Source: Sphyrna mokarran (Eukaryota). From it: a DNA stretch of 64,000 nt. The translations under genes were made by a program, and so were the position numbers. The notes below the pieces were generated by a model that was not told the origin of the DNA, ran no database searches, and was given only the letters and a program-made list of their open reading frames with translations. The DNA lies in the NCBI GenBank assembly GCA_024679065.1, contig JAGIQG010000007.1:108500001-108564000 (forward strand), given 5' to 3'. This document shows, in pieces, positions 24,385-37,320 of the stretch. The number at the start of each line of letters is the position of its first letter. The first letter of the stretch is position 1.

Positions 24385-24566
24385 AGATATTTGGGTTAGA
24401 TATGTGGTACATTGGCCATGTTAAATTGCCCCTCAGTGATAGGGGGATTAGCCAGGGTAAATACTTGCAGTTATGGGGTTAGGGTCTGAGTGAGATTGTG
24501 GTCGGTGCAGACTTGATGGGCTGAATGTCCTCCTCCTGCACGATAGAATTCTGTGAAATTCTATGA
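24385..24566 (+). mobile_element. HE1-type SINE, 3' half
   Basis: attggccatgttaaattgcccc...gtcggtgcagacttgatgggctgaat...ttctatga. Confidence 0.75.
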
Positions 24567-25489
24567 TGATATGACACAGGCCAATAACAGCATCATTCAC
24601 CCTTCCAGATGCAAATTGAAATCTTAGGCAAGTCTTCCAATACCTTAATATAACAGATGATATGCAGCAAAGAGATTTTCTTGAACTGGATGCTTGAAAT
24701 CTTCACTTCCATTCAACTCAGCAGAACTGAAAGAAAATTTCATCCTCCAATAAGCTGTCACCTCAGGATGTCTGTACCACTAGTATCTGCTGCTGCTGAG
24801 TTATATTTGGTGTTTTGGCATGTGCAAATCCCTTCCAGCTCAATAGCTAACTTATGTTTTGGAAATTATGAAACCAGTGAAGGTGCCACCTTCAGGAGCT
24901 TTGCCTCCTACAAAATGTCACATCCAGGAGCCACTTGCTGCTGATAAACCCAGAGGAAAGAGAAAAATGATGAGTCTGGCCATCAATAAGTGGTCATAAG
25001 AATTGTAAATCTTGCTGAATATTTGTTGATGTGAATGAACAATTACAAATAAATTAATGGGAAGCTATTTAAGTACATGAGCAGGGATAGAATGAAAGGA
25101 TATGTTGATAGGTTGAGTTCAATAACCTTGGACCAGATAGAACGAGATAGAACTTTCAGCTTCTCCTTCCATGATCCTCATGACTCTACTTGGGCTATTC
25201 TTCTCTGCAATCTTTTGCATTCTTTTAGTGAGGGTTATTATGTTCAGTACAGTCTTGATACTTTCCCTCACATTGTGCGTGCCTCTTGTTGCAGAGACAG
25301 TGAGAATGAGTGACTATTGAAAAGGTAAATGAAAATGTGTGGGGTTTATGTATATGGTGCATGTATTGAGCACAGGAAAAGAGGCAATATGTAATAAGGA
25401 TGGAGAGCTGATGAATATAAAAGGAAGTATATTTAAGTGAGGAAGCAGTGCCTGAAGGTGATTTGGTTTGTACATGTGCTAGAATGTGA

Positions 25490-25870
25490 GAAGACAGCAA
25501 TGTGCATTTATTCAGAACTTTTGCCGTCGAGAAATTTTTCCAGGGACTTCACAGGAGTATTTTGACACAAAATGTGAGGCCAAACCACATAAAGAGTTAT
25601 TAGGACAGTTGACCAAAAGCTTGTTTGAAGAAGTAAATTTTAAAGTGTGTTCCAAAGGAGGAGAGTAAGATAAAGAGATAGAAAGGTTGAAGAGGGAAAT
25701 CCAAAGTTTAGAGCATTGGCGGGTGCGACATGGCCACCAATGATGGAGCAACTAAAATCAGAGATGCTCAAGAAGCGAAACTTGGAGAGTTCAGAGATCT
25801 TGAAGGTTGTAGGACTGGAGGAAATTACAGATCTAAGGAGGAGCAAGAACCTTTGAGGCATTGCTAAACA
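25490..25870 (-). mobile_element. L2-like LINE 3' fragment
   Basis: Minus strand has ALNFG.P.S...LEHTLKFTSSNKLL-like C-terminal sequence (decayed LWNSLP...FKTLLKTYLF) followed by a tail. Confidence 0.45.
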
Positions 25871-25910
25871 GGGACTAAGAGAAGAGAATTATTCTTGAAA
25901 AATAGTAAGA

Positions 25911-26258
25911 AATAGAACATAGAACATTACAGCGCAGAACAGGCCCTTCAGCCTTCGATGTTGCGCCGACCAATTAGGAAAAAGCAATGACCCTCCAAAC
26001 TAAACCATTCCCTTTTCGTCCATAAACTTATCAACTAACCTCTTAAACGCCACCAAACTTGGCGCATCTATAACTGCCGCAGGCAGGGCATTCCATACCC
26101 TTACCACCCTTTGGGTAAAGAACCTACCTCTGACATCCGTCCTATAACTATCACCCCTTAATTTAAATCTATGTCCCCTCATGCTAGCTTTCTCCATCCT
26201 AGGAAAAAAGCTATCACTGTCCACCCTATCTAAACTTCTAATCATCTTATATGTTTCA
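25911..26258 (-). mobile_element. CR1 3' end (young family, as 851-4416)
   Basis: ORF 26000-26245 MIRSLDRVDSDS...FFTQRVVRVWNALP; (catagaa)n tail. Confidence 0.93.
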
Positions 26259-26261
26259 TTA

Positions 26262-26850
26262 AGGTAGGAACCGGAGCAGGCAAAAATAGGAACAGGAGCA
26301 GGCTGTTTGGCTTCTCAAGTCCGCTCTGCCATTCAATAGAATCATGGCTGATCTGACGTTCCTCACGTTTATTTGTCTGCCCTTTCCCTGTAACGCTTGA
26401 TCCTCTTACTGATCAAATATTTCTCTATTTCAGCCTTAAATATACACGAGGACTCTGCCCCCACAGCTGTCTGTGGCAAGGAGATCCAAAGACTCTTAAT
26501 CCTGCGAGAGAAGAAATTCCTCCTCATTTCAGTCTTAAATTTTCACCCCTTTATTCTGAGACTATGCCTTCTGGCCCTAGACTCACCCATAAGAGGAAGT
26601 GTCCTCTCACACTTGCCCTATCAAGTCCCTTAAGAATCCTACATGTTCCAAAGAGATCATGTCTTATTCTTCAAAATTCCAATGAGTAAAATTCCAACTT
26701 GTTTAACCTTTCCTCGTAAGACAATCCCTGTATACTGGGGATCATCCTAGTGAACTTCTCTGAACTGCCTCTGATGCAGTAATATGTTTCCTTAAGTTAA
26801 GGGGTCCAAAACTGCTCCCAGTGCTTCCGATGTGGCCTCACTAGTTCTTC
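26262..26850 (-). mobile_element. CR1 3' fragment, older family
   Basis: ggaacaggagcaggc tail and degenerate ORF2 C-terminus; similar to 49293-49833. Confidence 0.8.
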
Positions 26851-28347
26851 TTTAGTTTAGCAAGACTCCCGTTTGTGTAGTATAAGAGCAAAGGAAGATT
26901 TTACTGAAAATTTGTGATTGTGTGCTGACTAATGTGATGATGAAGGAAGGGGGATAAATTTTGTACATGGTTGGGGGAGGGATGAAAACGGTGTTGTCAG
27001 CTGTTTTTCAGAAAGGTAGGCAGCTGTAGAGCTCCACTAACCTTTACAGTTCTGTGAGATTGTTGATTATCTCAGATCCTGGGGATGCTGGCCCTGACCC
27101 TGTCAGCCAAAGCTACCAACACTGTCCAGATGTGTCACGGGTTGACCCTGCAGTTGGTGGGAACAGGACCTCCATCCTGCCCTGACTTTCTCCAGTAGAA
27201 CTTTCAGGAAATCTGGGGCCAGTTTCTCAGCACTGTTGGCATCAAATTCCATGCACGGAATGCAGCCATGCTTTAAGGGGTGTGTTTTTATTTAAATAAG
27301 TGCAAAATTGTGCAGGTCATGAGACAAAATTTCCCGATTCTTGTTTTAATTGACTCAGCAGCTTCAGACCTGGCCTAATGCTTGTCAGGTAATGTAGACT
27401 TTCTGTCCCTGTCCACTCTGTTTGTGCCCCAAGTTAAAACAGATGCATAAGGTTCCTTACTGTCTCTTTATTACTCAGTTGTTTAAAATTTGGACACTGG
27501 AATAGACTGCATTCATGTAAAAATATTAATTGCTCTTTCCTGATCTGGGTTATTTCTGCATTTGTTTCCATTATTGCTGATGCAATAAATTTTGCTAATT
27601 AATTTTCAGTTTTTTTTATACTGCAGTATGCATTTTCACTCTAACATTAATCATTTCATGTTGGTAAAAACCCAACTATTTAATGTTCAGGGAATAAAAC
27701 CTACTGACATAAGTAAAACTCCTCTTACGATTCTGACAGTTTAACTTATTGGCGTAGGTTGTCATTTGACAAATTATATTCCAACACTAAAAGTATTACT
27801 CAGTGGCTTGAATCCTCCAATCTGCACATCCCTGTATCACTGCAACTGAACAAAATTTCTGTTCACAGGAACGGAACTGGAGAATCCCAGCCATGGGTGA
27901 GGTCATAGAGTCTCTTCCATCTTAATTGCTATTGCTTATCAGGATAGATATCTGAACTGTTAATGATATCTCTGAGTTATCTTTCATTCCCCTGTTCAAT
28001 GCTTTGAGACTTTGCCAGGAGGAAGCAAACTTGCAGCAGACACTTAAGGGTGGATTTCCCAAATTGAAACTTCCATTATGGAGCCTTACATGCAAGAGCA
28101 CAACTCAGAAAAATCATTATTTCCATGAGTTTGCTATTCATTTATATTGTTGGATTCCTCATCAAGAATGCACATTTGAAAAATCTGTCTTTCTCTATCA
28201 CTGGTGTGGTTGCATTTTGTTGATGTTTTGATGTGAATAATGGGTTGTGGGCAGCACTACAGCAGAACTACAATCAAATTGAGTGGATTCTGCACCAAAG
28301 TATTTCATATCCCCAGGAAGACCTGTACCTAGACTGTTAGTAAAAAC

Positions 28348-28627
28348 ATAGAATTCCTACAGTGCAGAAATAGGCTATTTGGTCTAATGGGTTTCCAATG
28401 ACTCTCTGAAATACCATCCCACCCAGGCCCTCCATTTCACTCTACCCATAACCTCATGCATTTACCATGGCCAATCCACCCAACCTCCACAGTTTTGGAC
28501 TGTGAGAGGAAACCGGAGGATTCGGGAAAACATGCAAACTCCATATGGACAGTGACCCTAGGCCAGAATCAGACCTGGGTCCTTAATGTTGTGAGGCAGC
28601 AATACTAACCATTATGCAACCATGCCT
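28348..28627 (-). mobile_element. HE1-type V-SINE
   Basis: Tail catagaattcctacagtgcag, V-core gaggaaaccggag, tRNA-like head. Confidence 0.8.
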
Positions 28628-29754
28628 CTAGTCAATGCAAAGTAAGTCAAAAAGGCATTATGTTGACTAGCTTCAGTTTAAGATGAGAATGTGCATAGAG
28701 ATAAAACTACACCTTATTGTCTATTCATAAACTCAGTTTTCTCCTCCAAATCTAAAAATGCAAAGAAACCTCTGAAAGTTTTCCATCCTCATGCACTTTG
28801 CCATTCGTTAAATTATAGCTGCGAATATTTAGGCCAGAGAAGAGCAGGCATTTAAGGGCCTCACCCCATAGCTGTTGGTATTAACCTAGTGGTGAGTAAG
28901 ACACTTGCCCTGAGAGGAGCAGGGTTGCTTGTAGATTTCTGAGCAACAAGGGGATAGGTTTCTTATTTGAAGGCACTCAATGCCTAGTGGAAGGACTAGC
29001 ATTGGGAATAGAATATTCACTGAGAGCCACCCCATTCCAATCCCCCACCCTTACCTGTAACTCCACCCACAATCTACTCCTAGCATCATTAACCTGTGAT
29101 TGGGGGCCCAGCAACATTTGTATGCCTTGGGTGGGTTTTGTACTGGCAGTAACCACCACTGCTTGCTCGTGACACTGATGTTGAATGAGACTGTGGCACC
29201 TAATTTGTCAGAGCTTCCCAAAAAGAGATCACACGGTGCTCTCGCCACCTTGCAGCCAATGGACAAGAATCTGTCACTTCCAATGTGTCTCATTAATTCT
29301 CCCATGAACCAGTAGTGTTCTTGAATAATATTGTCTGCTTTCCCTTGCATGAGAAGCTATTCATTAGTATATTTAAGGGTCATACTTTGTGCAGTTTTAT
29401 TTCTGCAACTGAAAATGTGTCCATCTCCCATCAACAATTTGTTTTTGAATCAAAACAATGACTTGAAAAAGAGAACGATTAACTCAGTGCATCGATGTAC
29501 ATTAGTCCGTTTTTTAGCAAGTGAAATATTGTTTAATACTTAAAATCTTTTTGAAAGGCACCAACTGAGACCATTGTATACTTTTTAAAAAAGGCGTGAA
29601 TTGGAAAAGTGTCACCAAATGATCACAAACTGGCACAATTCGTGGAAACTCTCCAGACTCATTACTTAGATCTGAGGGCTTAGCAGGTTTTGTGACTGGG
29701 CCAGCCTCCACAATTTTTTTAAAACCTCAGTAATTGCAGAGACTCAATGTCATC

Positions 29755-30335
29755 ATTGTAACAAGGAAGTTTACCAGGAATGTGCCAGAGATGTGGAATT
29801 TTAGTTTTCTGAACAAACCTGAGATGTTGAATTTGTTCTCTTTAGCTTAGAGATGGTTAAGTAGAGATTTATTTCAGACATTCAAGATTGGATGTTATGG
29901 CCTTGCTCATCTCAAAACTGGAAAATCCTGCCTGAGGTCATCAGATCTTCCCATGGCCTGCCCCTTGTCTGCTCTGCTTCCCATGGCAGGTGGGATGGTA
30001 AAATTCCAGCCCCAAAGTCATGAATGATTTTGATGGGGTAAAATAAGGAGAAACTATTTTTTGCAGCAGCAGGAGGTCAGTAATAAGGGGACTGACATTT
30101 AAGCTAGTTGCCAAAAGAGCCAGGAGTGACATGAGGAGACTTTCCTTTATTAGTGAGTTGCAATGATTTGGAATGCTCAGCCTAAAATGCTTGTGGAAGC
30201 AGATTTAAAAGGGAATTGTATAAATACCTGAAATGGGGATAATTACAAGCCTTTGGCAAAAGATCAGGGAAATCTGACCAATTAAATAGTTCTCATGAAG
30301 AGCCAGTACCGCCTTCCTCTCTGTTGTAAGACACT
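29755..30335 (+). mobile_element. Old CR1 3' fragment interrupted by a MITE (~29890-30013)
   Basis: VQGSLPGM/FTR, LFSLA, GLTFKL motifs; the MITE matches 13161-13298. Confidence 0.6.
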
Positions 30336-33300
30336 ATGAACAGGTTCTTGAGCTCACCAGGTGGGTCTGAGTTAAATAGTCCTCCAGCCAGTGTGCTCCT
30401 TTCCCATTCCAATTTGCCTAGAGTTCATTTCGGCATAGGCAGGAAGGGGGTGGTGGCTTGGCTACCATCTGAACAGGTAGCTGACAAGACTCATTACAAG
30501 CGTATCCAAGTCAATTAAAAGAGGCCAGTTGCTTCTCTCCTGCAGCAGGGACCAACTTAGGTGCCTGGATGTGAGCTCCTTGTTTGCAGACAGAGGCGGG
30601 GTGAGTGGCCAATGCTCTAGACAGGTGTACAGACTCTCCCTAGTTGCGTAGATACAACTGCAGTAGTAGGCTGGTCTGTAGCAGGCCTCCCTTTCACCCC
30701 CAGAGTGATTACAGAAAGTATTTTTAAATTTAGATCTAGGAAACTTGGAGAGTGGACACCTCTATTTTGGTGCATTCTCTCCCTTACTTCCCCTTTGTTG
30801 CAGCCAGTGATTATTTTCAAGCTCAACGGCCTCTGATTGGCCCAACAGCTTTCAAATTCCAACTACTGTTTTTAATTGGACGGGAAGTCAGTGAAAATCG
30901 AGGCCATTGGTTGTTTCACCCGGGAGTGGGCTTCAGCCCAGGAAATGGTCCTAACTTGTATTTTGCATCCTGCCCTATAATTCTTTTAATGCAATAGTAC
31001 TGTGCAGACTAGGGACTGTATTCCTAAGGGCACAACAATTTAAAATTGTCATGCTTATTGAATTTGGATAAAATTCACTTTGTTTCATTGCTGGAATTGA
31101 AGGAAAGTTGTCAGAAACTCAGTACAAAGCACAATCTACTCATAACTTCCTATGACACTGTTATGGGTGGAGGTTTACATGCACAATTCCCATTCCTGAC
31201 TTAAAGTATTGAAATAAAGCACCAGATCTTCCTCTGGCTTTGGTGCACCTGAAGTGCATCTGACCTGTGCACTTTTACAGTGCTGAAGCTGCACACCTGA
31301 CCCATGTATCACTTCACATGCCAATTTTGCCTTTTCAGCATCAGACTCACAATGCATTTTGTAAACCGTTGAAAGTGCATGAGGAGTGCGGGTATGGAGG
31401 CAGACCAGTCAGCAAGCCCTGTCTCCAACACAGTATTCCAGTTCCCGACAGCAATTAAAATACAATCCTCACCTCCCTCATCATTCTCTCTATCCCCTAT
31501 GCAACCCTATGATCCCTCAGATCATTCATGCCACTACATGCGATCTCTTTGCCCCCATGCATCCTACATGGCCCCTCATATCACTAGTGCTACCTCATGT
31601 CACCTCCAAACCTCCATGTATCCTTCATGGCTACTCACCCACTATGTATTATGTATGGTTCTCAGATGCCATTGCAACATCAATGGAATCTTCCATGTGA
31701 AAACAAATTGTAATACCTGTATACCTGTTAGCTTGAATCAACAAACTAGAAACCATTCCAAAGGCACAATCTGTTATTACAACTTTTTGAAACTGTCAAT
31801 CATTCTCAAGTGAATTGAACACTTAAATATCCTAAAACCCAATTAGCACTAGAAACTCAGCCAAACATTCAGAATGGTCACATCTGTCCAAACAATAGAA
31901 ACTATCTGGGAAGGAAAGAACACAAGATGTTCATTTCAATTTCAAAGCACAGTGTCTGCCAGTCAATGTGAGTGGTTAGATTTTTCTTAAATGTAGATTT
32001 GTTATGGTGCTGAAACCAATTTTTTTAACAGCCAGAGCCATTTAAATCACATAGAAAACATAACAGCGCAGGCTGATGGGAATTTTATAACATTTTTCAC
32101 TGCATTACTGCGCTTTTTGCATTGCAAAACTACTGTAATGCATGTGAACAAATATTTAAGACTGGCCAATGTAAGGGTCAACTCATCTTTAAGGACAGAT
32201 CTCAAGGATGAATCACTGCACTGAAACCTCATTCATGTTACAATGCAGCACCTAATATTAACGAGAAGCTCTGAAAAGACTGAACAAGCCACCTACCGAA
32301 AAAGCATGGAGGAGGAAATCTGATTTTTATCCCCTATTTAAAATAGGGAACCTGAGCTCACTGGCATGTGTTTATAGATGAGATGGTCCCAACCTGCAAA
32401 ACAGTCAGAGGAAAATGCACCATAACGTGTCTCCAAACCCAGATGAACATTCTGCTCAAAAACTTAAGCAATATTACATGGCAATAGGATGTTTGACAGG
32501 AAAATATAGGATTTTTTACTGGTAGGAGTTGATCTCCTGTGACATCACATGTGGTAGTTCAGACAATACGACTATTCTTTCATTCTTTCCACCTCTCTCA
32601 ATCCTCCTCCTACCCTAATCCTGAACCCATGTAGCATTCTGTTTCTCCTGCGCTTTCTGCTCTTAGTTCAAATAGTCTGGGAAGCTTGCATCAAATTTTC
32701 TTAATTACTAATCTCCTGATCGCCTCTTTTGTGCTAGTTGAAATTCTAACTGTATCTCTGCCCTCAAGAGGGATCCAATTTCATCAGTTTCACTTAATGT
32801 TCTTCTTCAAGGCACCTCTGATATATTTGTATGTTTTTTCACATTGTTGTTTAGTCCCAAGACTATTTCACACATAGTAAATTATGCAACTACTTCAATA
32901 ATGTAGGTAAATTAGAAGCAAATTTTGTCGTAACAATTTCCTAACCCTAGAAAGGATCCCAAGTGCATTATATTCATCAGATCTAACGTTTCTAAAATAG
33001 TGTTCATCCCTTTTAAGTGCCTTATGTAGACTATCAATAACATGCTCCAATGCTGAACGACGCCTGAAAAATGTCACACTTTTCTTGCTTGATACGTAGA
33101 CCATTGAAGTATCATCCGGATAACATTGTACACCACTTAAAATTTGATCCATCTATCTTTAGAATAGGACTAATGTAGATGTTATCCCAAAAGCTAATCC
33201 TTTATAACGAAAAATATCCTTTGTGAATAACAATGGTCAGCAATGGTTGTGATTCAGAGGCTACATTCATCTGTAAATATCCCTGTGAAAGATTAATCTG

Positions 33301-33490
33301 CCTACCTGATAATCCAGCAAACAAATCTTCAATTAAAGGAAGCAGATATTGATCATCACATAATACTGGATTTATGGTTCTTTTAAAGTCACTACAAATA
33401 TGAACTGTATGACATGTACAATTGGGGTAACGCAGTCAATCATTGTATCTAGCTCTAACACACCAATCAGATACACAGGTTGTACTAATA

Positions 33491-33830
33491 TATAAGATGA
33501 TTAGAGGTTTAGACAGGGTGGACAGTGATAGCCTTTTTCCTAGGATGGAGAAAGCTAGCACGAGGGGACATGGCTTTAAATTAAGGGGTGGTAGTTCTGG
33601 GATGGATATCAGAGGTAGGTACCCAGAGGGTGGTAAGGGTATGGAATGCCCTGCGAGCTGCAGTTGTAGATGCGCCAAGTTTGGTGGCGTTTAAGAGGTT
33701 AGTAGATAAGTTTATGGATGAAAAGAGAATGGTTTAGGTTAGAGGGTCATTGCTTTTTCTTTACTGGTCGGCGCAACATCAAAGGCCAAAGGGCCTGTTC
33801 TGCGCTGTAATGTTCTATGTTTCTATGTTT
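33491..33830 (+). mobile_element. CR1 3' end inserted in Gypsy
   Basis: YKMIRGLDRVDSDSLFPRMEK, tail tgttctatgtttctatg, TSD ctaatat at 33485-33491 and 33831-33837. Confidence 0.92.
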
Positions 33831-34767
33831 CTAATATCCTCTTCAGTCTTAGGGTAACTTGCAAATTGTAGTGCTGTTGTTTTAAGACGCATTGGATTAC
33901 TATTAGACGTCATCTTGAGTTTCACTTGAATTCCTTTCATTGAGCCAGGTCTCTCTTTGAAAACACTCTGGAAGGTACTGTAGGTCTGTTTTGAAACAGT
34001 GTGTTGACAGTACTCCAGTTAAGTATTATCTTCTTGAACCATGATCTCCCAAATAGAGCTGGAAAATTACTGCGGGCCACATAGAGAGGCAATTCCGTTG
34101 TTCACTCAACTCTATGTTAACCATGATGTAAAATTTTAATGGCCCAATCTCTTCCATGTATGGCTTTAAAATCACATCAACCAATTTTAAAGGAAGCAGC
34201 ATCATCTTTCTCCATATGTTGTCTCAAGAATTAAATACATAGCAGCACCAGTATCAACAGTTTTCCCAATAAGTTGACCACTCAACTTCAAAATCACCCT
34301 AAATCTGTGATTTACCCTGTATTGATGTTAAGTTGGAGTTCTTCATCATATTCCTGGACATTTTATTCTGACAATACCAGGGTAAAGTTCAACAGGTTTA
34401 TTTGGTAGCAAAAGCCACTAGATTTCGAGCGCTACTCCTTCGTCAAGTAAATGGGAATTCCATTCACAAATGGGGCAGACAAAGGCACACACTCAATTTA
34501 CAAAATAATGGTTGGAATGTGAGTCTTTACAGGTAATCAATGTGAGTGGAGACAGGGTTAAGCACAGGTTAAAGAGGTGTGTATTGTCTCCAGCCAGGAC
34601 AGATAGTGAGATTTTGCAAGCCCAGGCAAGTCTTGGGGGTTACAGATAGTGTGACATGAACCCAAGATCCCGGTTGGGGCCATCCTCATGTGTGTGGAAC
34701 TTGGCTATCAGTCTCTGTTCAGTGATTCTGCATTGTCATGCGTTGTGAAGACTGCCTTGGAGAATGC

Positions 34768-35057
34768 TGCAGAAGAGGATGTCGCGAAGCATGGTACACT
34801 GGGGAGACCATGCAGATGTTATGACAATGGATGAATGAACACCACTCGACAAATACCAGGCTGGAGTGTTCTCTTCCTGTTGGGGAACACTTCAGCAGTC
34901 ATGGGCATTCAGCCTCTGATCTTTGGATAAGCATTCTCCAAGGCAGCCTTCATGACACACGACAACGCAGAATTGCTGAGCAGAGACTGATAGCCAAGTT
35001 CCGCACATAAGAGGATGGCCTCATCTGGATTTTGGGTTCATGTCACACTATCTGTAA
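34768..35057 (+). pseudogene. PLE GIY-YIG endonuclease C-terminal fragment
   Basis: CRRGCREAWYTGETMQML*QWMNEHHS...LPVGEHFSSHGHS...RRIAEQRLIAKFRT*EDGL (YxGET, H, E and GLN-like motifs); two stops. Confidence 0.85.
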
Positions 35058-35263
35058 CCCCTATGATCTGCCTGGGCTTGTAAAATCTTACTAACTATCC
35101 CAGCTGGAGATAAAATACATCTCTTTAACCTGTCTTAACCCTCTCTCCACTGACATTGTCTGTACCTTTTAAGACTTGATTACCTGTAAAGACTCGCATT
35201 CCAGCTATTATTTTGTAAATTGAGTTTGTGTCTGCCCTGTTTGTGAACAGAGCTCCCTCTTAC

Positions 35264-35563
35264 AAAAAACAAAGAACAAAACAGCAAGGGAAACAGGCCC
35301 TTCAGCCCAACGAGCCCGCGCCGCCACGCTGATGTTCCCACCTTTACCCGTGATCCCTGTCCATGTTTATAGATCTATGGATTAAAAATCAAATTTGAGA
35401 CAATTTAGGGAGAATTTGTTTTGCCAATTAGCCTAAGAGCACATCTTTGGGATGTGGGAGGAAACCGGAGCACCTGGAGAAAACCCATGCAAGCACGGGG
35501 AGAATGCGCAAACTCCCTCAGACACAAGCCCAAATCCATGTATCTGCACAGCACAGCGATAGT
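35264..35563 (-). mobile_element. Headless V-core element related to the CR1 3' UTR at 2167-2475
   Basis: Shares gggaaacaggccctt..cccaacgagcccgcgccgcc, gcctaagagc, the V-core and tctgcacagc..cgatagtc. cttac is duplicated at 35259-35263 and 35566-35570. Confidence 0.85.
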
Positions 35564-35565
35564 CA

Positions 35566-35603
35566 CTTACCTGACGAAGGAGCAGTGCTCTGAAAGCTAG
35601 TGG
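35566..35603 (+). ncRNA. Minimal hammerhead ribozyme motif
   Basis: tac CTGACGA a GGAGC agt GCTCT GAAA GCTA gtg; core at 35571-35577. Confidence 0.75.
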
Positions 35604-37198
35604 CTTTTGCTGCTAAATAAACCTGTTAGACTTTAACCTGGTGTTGTGAGACTTCTTACTGTGTTTACCGTAATCCAACCCCGGCGTCTCCACATCGTTT
35701 TATTCTTCACAGTCGTAATTCTTTTCTTCCATGTTGTAAATTATTTTTATAAGATGCAACTTTGTTGTTCTTCTTGAAGGTATCCAAAATCTTTGTATGA
35801 ATATTCTTCCTCGGAAGAGTGAACTAGCCCAGCAAGTTTTTGCAATATGACCCAGTTTGCCACAATTCTTGCATTAACTCTCCTTTTTCCAACATTAACT
35901 CCTTGAATGGTCAATTTTTTCACATCTGTGACATGCTTGTTGCTGATTTGACTTCTTATGGGCAGTTCTTAACTTGTGGATCTTCACTCCTGAATCAAAT
36001 TTTGAAGGAAACCTCATTAGCAGCCAGTTCCATTAACATTGCAATTTCTACTTCTGTCTTTAAAGTCAAAACATATTCAGTAATCAATCTTCTTTGGATA
36101 AACTTATTTTGGAGACCACAAACTAGACGATCTTGAAGAGTATCTTCTAATGACTCACCAAACTCTCAATGTTGTGCCAGCATTTTTAAGGTTGCCACAA
36201 ACTGAGCAAAGCTTTCACCTTTCACTTAATTCCTTCAGTAGAACCTGAACCGTTCTGCTATCATCAATAGCTTTGGAAAGTAATGCTCTTCAAAGATCTT
36301 TGTCAAGTCTTTGTAAGTTTTAGTTCCTTGCTTTGATGAACCACGTTTCAGAGCAAATTGAAGATTCTCCTTCTTTTTACGAGCAACTCATTTTCAATTT
36401 TATTTGCTTGTACAAAGTACTGAAAACACTCTGATAGAATTTTATTGGCATGCCCACCTCGATTTTGGGGCAGGTGAGGCTTGCAGAACAGAATTCTCTA
36501 TTGGCTTCCAATGAGATTTTATGAGCCTCGTCTAAGTGAGATTGTAAAATACTGGCTCATGATTGAAAGGGCCAATGGTACCTAATTGATCTGCCATTTC
36601 TCTTGCAGGCACTAGAAACTCTAGAATACTCATTCTTTTTTACTGTCTTGTCGGTTTTTAACCTGGAGATCGTTAACTTGATTTTCTTTTCAAACTGTAT
36701 AACAAAGCATTCCTCTTTTCCAGAATACTGCCTGGAATCTCATCCTTTTCCCTCTTTTAAAACTACACAGGGGGCTTTTTACTTACTTGATCTTTCCGGC
36801 ACTGGCACTTCAATCTTTAATGCTGTTATTGAATCTCTCCAACCTTCTAATATTCAAAGTCTGAAGACCCACAATGTATTTTTTTCTCCTGAGGATGTGT
36901 TCTCAATGGAACAAAATCCAAACACGCCATCGATTTTCTTTATGTAAAGTCTAAACTATGTTAGGGGCTGTGGGTTTTACACAAAAAGAAAAAGATGTGG
37001 ATTAGGCACACACATTGAAACTAACAAGAATAGATTTATTGTAAGAGATCTTTTGTTTTAAGAGTACAAAGTAAAAGTAAAATGCAGCACTTGCAAAACC
37101 CTAAAGACATCACCATCAAATCATATGATCGACTCTTCAAGCAATCATGTGACCACTTAAATATATAACCGTCTCTAATTCCCCAGCGCAATCGTTAA

Positions 37199-37320
37199 CC
37201 TTCCAACATAGTCCTCCAACCCTCCAGCACAGTGCTCCAACTCTCCGGCACAATCCTCCAATCTTCCAGTACAGTCCTCCAACTCTCCAGCACAGGCCCT
37301 CAAGCCCTCTGGCACAGGCA
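37199..37320. repeat. Degenerate 21-bp tandem repeat, ~6 units
   Basis: Consensus ~cyctccagcacagtcctccaa; produces the CWRVGGL periodicity in ORF 37137-37337. Confidence 0.8.

Larger units (their letters stand above)
34370..35697. mobile_element. Penelope-like element: inverted left arm plus sense 3' end
   Basis: 34370-34768 is the reverse complement of sequence in 34930-35650. TSD ttttattct at 34361-34369 and 35698-35706. Confidence 0.92.
32790..36597 (-). mobile_element. Decayed Gypsy LTR retrotransposon gag-pol, interrupted by CR1, PLE and MITE insertions
   Basis: Gag start MADQLGTIGPF at 36597; LMIAERFRFY...LQDRLVCGL; Zn knuckle CGKLGHIAKTC at ~35830-35865; protease VDTGAA at ~34243-34260; RT FRYKGLAFGITS...MDQILSGVQCYPDD at ~33110-33215. 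Confidence 0.88.
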
